A stretch of DNA of 64,000 nucleotides from Antedon mediterranea (taxonomy: Eukaryota > Animalia > Echinodermata): the NCBI RefSeq assembly GCF_964355755.1, contig NC_092679.1, positions 5,858,201 to 5,922,200 of the forward strand, given 5' to 3'. Below the pieces are notes generated by a model that was given only the letters and a program-made list of their open reading frames with translations, made no database searches and was not told the DNA's origin. Below, piece after piece: positions 48,601 through 60,600 of the stretch (position 1 is its first letter; each line of letters starts with the position of its first letter). The position numbers and the translations under genes are program-made.

Positions 48601-51600
48601 CACAACAGAATGAAGGCTTGATAGTGATGACAGTTAATAAAATGCTCTGTTAAATTTGTGCGTTATTAATAGTCGAAAAATCTCATTTTAAAGCGCTTTG
48701 AAACCATCTGCTGATTGTCAAAAGCGTTATACTAAATAGTGTAGTACATCAATTATTATTATTCTGCTGTAATACTCTCCTGGTCTGTTTTTACTCGGGG
48801 TACCCGAGTCTAGGACTTACTCATTTTCTCCTCTTCCTCCATCTGGACACTATTGAGCAAAAAGTGCGATTTTCAAAGTACTACTGTACTCCTCCCTTAT
48901 TCGTTGTAGTATTGAGCTGGGATTTCGCATGAATATACTAAAGGCACATGTCCTCAAAGCTATAGAGCCGGATTTTTCATTTTCAAACCAGATGCAGCCA
49001 TATGACGTCTCGAAGATGGTACCATATAGCCGTATTTGGTAGGTTATTGATGTGTATGTGACGTCACATCCCGTCTTATGACGTCATTACAGCTTCATTT
49101 GCTGTACACCGAGTATCGCACATTCGTGCTTATTTTGTTAATTAATTTGTTTAAAGATGTATTGTCCCTTTGACTAATTCCCAAAAAATAAAAAATAACA
49201 GATTTCGAAAAAAGGTGGGTCATTTTGAAGTATCATAATAGTTATTAACTATCACCAAAAATTTTTCAAAAAAAAAAAAAATTTAACTGAAATACAGACG
49301 TTTTTTTGTTAAAAAAATAACTTTGACTTCCAGTCAAAGTTTTCAATCAAAACATATCCCATAATGAAACGCGCTTGTTTGGCTACTCTGTTTGGCTACT
49401 CTGTTTGGCTACTCTGTATGCATAATCATAAAACTTCCTCATGATCTGTGTGAAAATACCTTCTTAACCGTGACGACTTGTAAACAATCCTAATTTAGCA
49501 TATGCATAATGCATACTCATGGTTTGAAATCTTTGTTTACTTTCGCTCGTGACGATTTTCCAGATGAAATGTAATCAAACTAATTTACCTGTTAATTACG
49601 TAAACTTGTTGTTTTTGGCTCAAATTTTCGACTAAAAGTGAATAACTTTAATATTACTTTGATATGGCCACTTTAAATTTAGAATATTTTGACCTTCATT
49701 TTTTTGTGTTTAAAGGGACAATACATCTTTAATTAAGAAGCCACAATGTGTCACACACCACACAGCGTAAGGTAGTTATATGCGGCTTCTTGGCGTAGTG
49801 GTTATCACGTTTGCTTAACACGCAGAAGGTACCTGGTTCGAGCCCGGGCGAAACCTTTTTTTTTTAATTTTATGGTGAAAAGTACTGTATACGCAATATG
49901 ATAATTATACACAGTATATCTTATTTTTATTATTTTTTTAAATAACTATTTTGTGTAATCGGTAATTATCACTTTTACACATGTTTCTTTTGCTTTGTGC
50001 TTATTACCATATTTATTCTGTAATGTAAATGGATTAAAAAACTTTGTGTAACCCACATTTTTAGTGCAAGAGGTTTCGTAGTGTAGTGGTTGTCAAGTCT
50101 GCTTAACAACACGCAGAAGGTCCCGGTTGTTCGAGCCCTGGCGAAACCTATTTTTCTTTAACTTTATGGTGAAATATACTGTATACGTAATATGATATAG
50201 AGTATATCTCGTTTTATTACTCGGGGTACCTGAGTCTAGGACTCTCTCATCTTTTATTCTTCTTCTACCATCCAGACACTATTGAGCAAAAAGTGCGATT
50301 TATAAAGTAGGCCTACTACTCCTCCCTTATTCGTTGTAGTATTGAGCTCGGATTTAGCATGAATATACTACATGGACATGTCCTCAAAGTTATAGAGCCG
50401 GATTTTTTAATTTCAAACCGGATGCAGCCATATCACGTCTCGAAGATGGTACCGTATAGCCGTATTTGGTAGCGCGGTTTTTGATGTGTATGTGACGTTA
50501 TATCCGGTCTTATGACGTCATTACAGCTTCTTTCGCTGTACCCCGAGTATTGCACATTCGTGCTTGTTAGTTCTACTTTTCAAATTGCTGACAGTCTTAT
50601 GCAAGCAGTACAAGTGATGAATCTAAGCAGCTTGCAAGTGACATCTATTCAATGGGCAATCATTTCTTCAATGTCCAATTGTTAATATCAATTCCTACTT
50701 ACCCCTGACCATGGTCCAGAATTCCAATAAGGACACTCCCTAACTAAACAATCACGCATAACTTCGGGTTGTTCGCCTAATACAGTTTCACAGAAATCCA
50801 TCGATACAGCTTCACGTGTACCGTCTGGCATTTCTTGCTCACAATGCACAACCCTGTATTCTAGCCCTTCTCCACAAGACTTAGAGCATGAGGTCCATTG
50901 ACCTTTGATCCAGCGAGGAGGACAGGGTTCAGTGTTACAGTTTTCGATAGTCGACGGTCGCTTGTCTTTGTCGCACATGTAGTCTTGTACTCGCACTTGA
51001 TCTTCGTTGCGATTACAAGATGCAGTTCTTTCTCTAGTACCTGTCAAAAATAACGTACTTGATTATTTAACAACAAGCTTGTCTACATTAGTAGAAATGA
51101 CACACACATGATCTATTTTTAGAGAAAGATAGTTTTTTTTAGATACACATTTTTGCTATTGCACGCATCCATACACACAGGGTATCAAAATGACCAGAAC
51201 TTTACTGGGACGGTTTTAAACAATATCACAAGTTTCCCTAAGTGACATATACCATAACCCATTGAACATAAGCAAAAATCTTAGGCCTGCTTGTCCATAT
51301 TTTACAACAGGCCACTTGTCCTTATCATGTGGATGAATATCTAAAAGTTCTTGTTCTGGCACAACTGGAAAAAAGCTGTCCCTGTTTCCCCCTACCCCTT
51401 ATCTTACCTCCTCCACAGTCCCTTGAACATTGGCTAAATGAGGTTGTAGTCCATGAGTACGTCTCCACAGTTCCCATTCCCACAGGTACATAGTAGCTGT
51501 ATGTTATGCCTTGATTCTCATTCCTTGTTATTAGCTATTGAAAAAAAATATATATTATTAATATAAAGCTTGATTGCTTAATTTTCTCTATCTCTATCTT

Positions 51601-54600
51601 AGTACTCTCACTTGTACTGATGAAGGGTTGTGTTGCCCGAAAGATCTGCAAATTTTTCTGGCTGTTTTACTTCATCGTTTTTAGTTTTATTGCTTATTTT
51701 AATTTGTATCTCCATTAAAATCCAGCCACTGATATCCACAGCATTGTCATTTTTTCAGTCAGTTGCCTTTGGATCTATATATAACAATCAATAAATGAAA
51801 ACAAGATTCTGATTCTTAATTTCATGCAGAAAGAAATTGAAATCCGCAGCAAATCAAACATTTAGAAATGAAAATCTAAAATTTGATTAAATAGCATAAA
51901 AATAACAATTTATGTTTAGTTGGGCACGCAGTGTGATGACATCACACTGTTTTATAAACATAGTATTTTGACAAATATTTACAAAATAAATAAAATGTGT
52001 AATTTCAGGAATTTGGTACACCCATGAAATATTATTTCATAAAAATCCAAACTGTAGTTTGACAATTATTAAGAGAACTGGGTCAATACGTTTTTATTTC
52101 TGACTATTGATTGTCAAGTTTATAAGTTTATAGAATTTGTTAAAACTAAAAATGCACCTATTTCCTCTTTCTCCATTCCCATCTCCACTCCTTCAAAGCT
52201 TATCATGTAGATATAATTACCATGACTATAAATATACAGTAATTTTGCTCTGAAAAGTGAACATGAATTTGCACAAAGTTTATAGATTAACATCTTTGTT
52301 TGAAAATTAATAAATACCAAATGTTCAGAAAGTTGAATCATATAAAATTTTTTATTAATTGATTTAATCCAAAACTACAATTGTTGTCGATAACATCTGA
52401 AATCGTTATCGGAGTGATGTGAAGAATGATGTAATAATAACTAATGCCGCAATCTCATGTTTTAATATGGTTTGCGATCCATAATAACCATCGAGGGAAA
52501 ACTCTAACAAATATATTTTTGAATAATCATGGTAATTCAAGACGACGACAGATTCAACAACTACGTATTGTTGCTGATAAGTAATTTGGAACCCTCACAA
52601 GAAAATTCTGATACAAATAACGTCAATAATGATTATCATGACATTTCTGTGAAAAAGACGACTACATTCATCATCTAAAGGTTTTAAAAAGAGAATATCA
52701 CATTGGTACTCGTAGAACCATATTCAGGAAACACCCCTATTAAGTGGACACTTCTCTGTGAAAGGCAATATAATTATGGTTTAAGGTAAGGCCAACCCCT
52801 AGTTAGAGGACACCCCTTTTTTATAAAGAGGATACATTAGCCATGAAGGTGTTCACATAATTGGCCCTAATATACTTTGCATATTACAAATGAAAACAAT
52901 ATTGTTTGTTATGTACACATTATTTTATATAAAGGACCAACAGCTTTTCATCTCTTCTAAAGGACAGGGGATAAGAATATATGATCTTACATGAAAATAT
53001 AACAACACAGGCTAGTATTATAACAAATCAAATTAACTACCACTACAGTATTGACAAATCAAACGTTACTTGATTATATGTCAATCAAAGCGTTTATTCG
53101 TAAAACTGTTCTACCTCTGGCTTAACCAAACATTCCGTGTAAACTTTACTACCTCTAGCTAAAAAAACAACCTCCTAAACTTTTTCATTCATAACTCTTT
53201 TTTTTTTCCACATCAATAAATGTTATTGTTTTTCACCTATACTACCTCCTATGTCTATATAAGTTAAACAAACATAGGACAAATTGAATTGAACAAAAAT
53301 CAATGAATAAAAAAAAAAATATGACCGCTTCATGGACCTTAAAATATTCATGTTATCATAACAGTATTTGTTAAATGGCTCAAGTATATGCCCTACTGGG
53401 ACAAGGAATTAGATTGTTTGAATAAGTTCCCCATAGGAGAAACACTACTGGGAATAGAGCCAACCATGAGTAGTATTACTCCTACAGTATCCTATTAGTG
53501 TCATGTTAAATTAAATTTACTATTGTAAATTTAGTCTAGTAGTAGTATTACCGTTATGTACTTGTTATGTGTATTAAGCCAGCCCTCTTGAATCACAGCA
53601 TTGGTTCACGTTTTGCATGAGGTGGTATGGGGAGTGGGAGGAGAGAGGAAGGAGGGAAGGGGATATTGAGGGATTAGGGAAAGGAGGACAGAAAGAGCCA
53701 GAGGGAGGAGGAGTAGAAGGGGAAAAAACAGGAGGCAGAGAGAGGAGGAATAGGAAAGGGAGGAGGAAATATTAGAAGTAGGCCTGGGATTAAACCAGAA
53801 CTAGTTAGTCAAACTACTGTAAAAAATATTTTAAGGGAACATTAAATAATTAATAAAAATGTGAGCTTATATCCATTTCAAATATTGGTCAATTTGGTTT
53901 AGGGAGGGAAAGAAGGAGGGGGTGTGGGGGGGACAAAGTAAAATGAATGATTTGGAATATTGCACGTCTGTATTTAAACATTCAAAAGATTTTAAAATGT
54001 CGTATTTGTGCAGGAATATGTAGTTTGCATGCTAACATTTGTATAAGTTCTTAGGTTCATGTTAGATCATGTTTTAATGTTTGTATTTATGATCTACTTT
54101 ATATATAACTAACACTTAAAGCATTCAATGGAGTTGATAACACTTAACCTTATCAATATCTTTTTATCAGTACTTTTTATTTAGAAAAGAACTCACAAGG
54201 TTTCATTACTGGCAACAAAAACTTTTAAAGCGTCCTGGAGGGTTATACCACTCTTTGAAGATTTGTTATTCTTGTAAATCATGTTATTTGAGGGCATCAA
54301 ACAGGGTGTTAAAAGTCCTTAGGTAACTCAACATGTCTTTGTTTTCACTATTATTTCAGCAATTGAATTGAAAACCAGCATATGAATGGCAGTTTAAGAT
54401 AAGCCAAACTTATTTGAAAGTAGTAAAAAAATATACAAACAATATTGTAGGCATATCTAACAGTGGAAAATTCAGGATTTGTTGAACAAACATAATATTG
54501 GTAGTCTAGTCCAGCATTCCGCAGTTTTTCAGTCAAGTTGCACACTTATTTGCAAACTACAGAAAAATAGTATCAGAGAACCAGTTGGTAGGTTAATAAA

Positions 54601-57600
54601 TCCATGTCCTAAAATGGGATTACCACTTGTATATTAACAACGAACTATGCGTCAAAAGCGTCCATTGCCCAGATGTCGATTCCCAATTGTGTGTACAACG
54701 CTACGGTACTCGACGCGCATCAACATAGGGAAAAAACTTGTAGATGTAAAATGTAATCAGTATTGTAGATTCTACAAACTGAGAACATTTCACATATAGA
54801 TAAATGTATAATTGATAAAAATTTCAGTATCTGAAACAATTTTGAGACACCCATCAATTTTTTTTCACGACCCAAACACTGTGTTGCAACCCATAGGTTG
54901 CGGAACGGCGGTCTATTCAATCAGAAATAGATATCAAATATGTTGTTGATAATTTAATCATTTTAGCTGTCAAAAGTAGGAGCGTGTGGATCTATTGCTA
55001 CAACCTGAGTGAGTGGCCGAGCGGTTAAGACAGTGGAACCGTAATCACGTAGCCATAACATCGGCAGGGGTTCGAGGCTCACTCACTCCATGGTTCTGGT
55101 GGTAGAACGAGTCTTCTCGGATAAGGACTATAAACCGTAGGTCCAGTGTACACAACTTGCTCGTGTGCACTTTAAAGAACCTAGTACATCTTTCGAGACG
55201 AGTAGGGGGTTACTCCGGTGTAGTAGTACATCACAGCCACTGATCACCAACTGGGCCCTCTGGGAGATCAGTCTTTGACTGAAGAGGTCACCCAGTATAA
55301 AGATAAAACAAACAAACAAACAAACCTGAATCTGTCCCTGATCTTTATAATAATTTAAAAAGCATGAAGTATTCATTTGTTTAGGTTGATTTCAATTCAA
55401 TTCGTCTAATTGGACATTACAGGGTAGCATATTTAGGGACAAAAATACAAAATCTCCTCTCACTATTTGTCTTGAACACGACAGACAAAATCAAAACAAA
55501 TGACAAATTGAAACAATACTTAAATTTCACCACCTACCACATCCTGAGATATACAATGTACATAATCAGACATTATATCAAAGGTTTTCCTGTAATTCAG
55601 GCCATAAACCTTATTTTATCAATAGGTTGTGCCATTAGGATTTGACAAGTAGGATAGTAGGCCATTTCACACAATACATGGAAACAATTGGAACATCCAT
55701 ATGTATAATAAAACAAATATAAATTGGTGATAATAGAACTATACAGTTAAATACTATATACAGTAACCTTGTAAAGGAAGTGGTTTTCATTCTTGCGTTT
55801 TAAATGCCATTTTGGATTTTAGAAGGGCCATCAGAAGAAAAGGTTCTGGACTTTGAAAATGTCCTTCTAGATTGATTTGAACATACAACCAAGCTCTTAA
55901 GCTTTATCTACACTATCAAACTAGTGTGATGTGCCAAAATATGATAGTGTTATGACATCATCATGTCCATATATGGGCACATCACATTTTTTTGTAACAT
56001 AAAGTTTGATAATGTAGACAGAGCAGAGCTAGGAACGTGTACCATTAGACCACACTTTAAAGGCCTACTGAGTATCCCAACATGCATTGCGCGCGGATCA
56101 ATATTTTCATATTGTGATGAACGTTGATGCTGAGGAAGAAGGTTGAATGAGTTTGAACTTTTACCTGGGTTTATATCAAAGACGGCCATTCATCCTTCCT
56201 TTAATTGATTGTATACTTAAAATTTATAAAACACACTACTCTAAAATTCTGAAATTGTTGCCATGAGGAATCAACAACCCTTTACCTCCATCAATCTCTA
56301 CATAGTGCCATCTTTCATCAAATTTCTGGAACAGCTGGACAAGGTACTGTATATTAGGCCTACTAATACAGATGTGTTTAATTTATTGTTCCTCTTTTCT
56401 AAGACTAAAAACTAAATTTTATTAAATATAATTTAAGGCTAGTTCCTTCTAGGATGCCAGAACATACGCACAACGTAAGTAATTCAACCAGTCACAAGCA
56501 ACATTTCGGATAGTCTATTGCTTGTGATTGGTCCAATTTCTTGTGTTATGTGTACGTTTTTTTGCGTTGCATCCTAATTTTTATCACAATGTACCTGCAT
56601 TGAGTGAAAACTAACGCACATAAAGTGTGCTGTCCTTTAAATTACTGTACATCACAAAACAAATTACATTATACAACAAGGAAATGATAGTAAATTCACT
56701 TTCCCAGGAGAAGAATTGTGTGTGACCTGGTAAACATTTATCATTCATATGGGCTTTACAAAATACTAAATAATACAGAAATGGCCAGGGTAATAAACCC
56801 AGTTTTCATTGATAAGTACAACAATGATGTTAAATTACATGTATGGCAAATACACTGTAAACTTTCCCAGTACTGTATTAAAATTAGGTACATGTTTTTT
56901 AAGAGCTTGGTGGTATATATAAATTTCATTTTATTGTAAAAGTATTGTACAATAACTAGTCTGCAAATGCCTTAAAGCGAGGTTCCCACTAGCGACGCGA
57001 CACAAGGACGTAACGCAACGCAAGTGAATTGACCAATCACAAGCGATGGCTTATTCGCTTGTGATTGCTAACTGGCTATAACTTCGCTTGTCATTGGTTA
57101 AAACGCTTGCGTTGCGTTTACGTTCTTGCGTTACGCTCTAGTGGGAACCAAGCTTAAGGGTACATATACATATGCACATAGTTTGATCCTATAGTACACA
57201 TTCATCTTGGACAACTTTTAAACTACCAGTACCCGTGTTTCATGTATAAAGATATTTCTCTTCACTGTGCTAGTTTGTAATTAACACAACAATAATTACA
57301 GATTTAATTAAATATATCAAAGATTGAATTAAATCTATTAAAGATTGAATTAAATCTACCAAATATTAAATTTAATCTATTAACAATTAAATTAAATCTA
57401 CCAACAAAGATTAAATTTAATTTAGGATTGAATTAAATCTATTAAAGATTGAATTAAGTATACCAAATATTAAATTTAATCTATTAAGGATTAAATTAAA
57501 TCTACCAAAGATTAAATTAAATATATTAAGGATTGAATTCAATCTATTAAAGATTAAAATCATATCTATTAAAGATTGAATTAAATTTTTACTCACAACC

Positions 57601-60600
57601 ACTACCACTGGTTCCGAGAGGGGGCCCATGGATGTTAGATACTCAGCACCTGTATCTGGATGCTGGCCATAGTCCCACATGGCGCCTGCTGCATCAAAGA
57701 TGTCGTTCTGCCCCCCAATCCTATAGTCACCATTCAAATAATATGTACCATATGAATTCCTTAAGGCTAAAAAATAACAAATAAACAAGAACTTCTATTA
57801 ATAGCATTACATATGTGTTGGTCCTTTGTAATTTATGAACTATTGATGTGTTTATGGTACTTTAAAGTAGTCATCATGTATTTCAGTGTTCAACTTGGTA
57901 ACAGATTTATTGTAAAGTGAGAAATCATGATTGAAAGTGGTTAAAAGTTGTTGGTAAATATAGTGCTCTAGGTCCTAGGGCCCCACCAATATTTCATAAA
58001 CGTGGATCCATAACTGTTTATAGTTGAGTTATTTTAACATACAAATTTTTAAGAAACATGCTAATTTGTTTTCTATTGAACAAAATCAATTCTTTTAATT
58101 TATCATAATTTTTAACAAAGCATATTTTTATATTATCATCATTATTAAATCCCATTCATACGAAATAAGATATCAAATAACTTAAAAGCAATTAAAACCT
58201 TCATGTCTTATTAATTAATGTTATCAATTTATTCATCATAATGATAAAAACATATTTTAACACCTGGGTGAAAAAACCACATTTAAAAGTTGTTATTCAC
58301 ATGTACGGCGTAGGGCTGGGAAACGCCTCGAGTAAGCCACGTCAGGCTTACGCTGTGTAAACGTACCCTAACATCCTATAATAAGAATGCCAGTTATTGC
58401 GAGTAAAGTCCTTGGTTTGGATAAGTTTTGAGCATTATAACACCAAAATGTATTGGAATTTGTTTGATGAGATAATAATCATTGTGTATTTAGTGATATA
58501 TTTATAATGCCCTTGAGGTACTATTAAAAGTTTAGATTTTAAAGTTTCTTTCAATGGTCACTCAAATGACCCAATTACACACAACCAAAAATGAACGCCA
58601 AATAAAACCTTTTCTTGTTAATGTAATAATGAATTTATAATAATTTATTAAATAATAATCATGATGTAATGTACTATTTACTGTTCAAACTGTATACAAA
58701 TGCTATTATTAATTTAAGAAACAATAATTATTATAAACTCATAATAATATTATCTTGATTGATACTAACCTAGATAATTTCCATTTGGAACCTCAGCTTG
58801 TACTAGTATGTTTGTGGTACCAGCCTTAATTGTAAACATGTCGTTATACCCTGTGAATCATAAACATTAAAATAAAAAATAAAATACTAAACAAATAAAA
58901 ACTTTATAATTCCAATCATGAAAACATTGGTCCTGTTTCCGGTTAAAACAGTTTTTGGAGCAAAAACAGGACAATGTTGTGGTAACCGGTTAAAAGGCAG
59001 CGCAAAGTAACCTGGTAAAAACACCATTCAATTCGGTATTAGAACACATTTAACCGGTTATTGCTGGACAACTTTTAGCTGCAACACAAAATAACTAATT
59101 GATTGACGGCTGCTGTCAACTACACTGCAGTAACGTTTGAATTAACCGCCAGGACCAATTGCATTTTGGGTAATTCTAACGATTTTTTTCAACGACCACC
59201 CACTGATTTAAACGGTTATTTTGGAGCAAAAATTGAGCAGAAATGCAGTCAAAATAAAAATTACATTTTTTAAATAATCGGTTTATTCGGCGCTATGCAG
59301 CAGAACCCATTGAACATGTTTTAGGGAACCAGTTGGATCATTTGGATCCTAGTATACACAAGGGTGCTTTGCTTTTAATGAGTTTTACAGCCTAGCATCT
59401 CAAACTTGCTAGGAATTTGATCTGAGCAAGTTATAGACATTATGAAAGATAAATTATTACTGATATTCATTAAAGCACATGTACCACTATTGCCAATACA
59501 AATAGCACATTCCATAGCAGTGAACTTTCAATGGAATTAAAGGGGGATTCTGGGTTTAAAATTGCTTTTAAATATCGTTTATTTATTAAATAAAAAATAT
59601 TATAACAATATAGACATTTCAGAATGAAGAAGTAATAACGAGAAATTAAAAAAATTAAATTTCATATACATTTTAGGGTAAATTCATGGAAAGTCTGTTT
59701 TTTAGCAGCTTAGGGAAGCTCATTAATATTCATGAGATATTCACAAAATCACGTCACCAGTGGATTCCAAACTCGCGACGTCATGTACGTTGTGTTTGTC
59801 AACTAATTTACATCTCTCTCCCCTGTCAAACGACGACCACCATTGTGATCATTGTGAAATACATTTTTTGTAGATTTTCTAAGCTAGGCCTAAAGTGTAA
59901 TAATAACAGTAGTAGCATACATTTAATGAAATACAGAATTTAGTACAGATACGGAGTCATAAATTATACTATTTTTATACCTCTATAGTACAGATCGTAT
60001 AGTACAGATGACTTTTTCCAAATGAGAAGTAACATTAGCAGAATTACTCGAGGGCATCACCTGAGATTTTTCAAGCCTACTTTCCATAAAGGATTGAACT
60101 GTAGAAGACATACCTTCTCGCAACGAGTAATAAACCATTGGAACAGTTTACCAGCCGACGTTGTCAATTCTGAGACCGCTAATACCTTCAAGAATCGCAT
60201 CGACACAATGTAGTTGATATGGGGTTTAAAAAGGCACATCGCCTAAACTTTCCCATTATAACTAAACTAAACTAAACTATCGGCTTCACGTACAATACTA
60301 CTCTAGGCCTAGCCTAATAATAATATGGGCGAGAGCCATTCTGACTAGGGATTCCATGCCACGATGGCTACGTTAAAACAATGGGGCCCATGGGCCTAGC
60401 TAGCCTACTACTAGACGATTGGCCCATAAATAACAAAACCCATCCTATCAACCAAACTCCTAAACAATCTAAACCTAAAACATTCTACAAAATCGGCTGT
60501 AAATATTGAAGCAAAACAAGGTCCGATCGCCGTCCACACGTATGGTGTCCCGATCGTCTAAGTAGGCCTAAAATAAATAGGTTTAGTTTACTCTCCAAAA

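Noticed and set aside
49784-49856. Functional tRNA-Val gene
   Set aside because: Two acceptor-stem mismatches; kept only as a probable pseudogene.
53630-53775. Purine-rich G/A tract
   Set aside because: Low-complexity intronic sequence with no further support for function.
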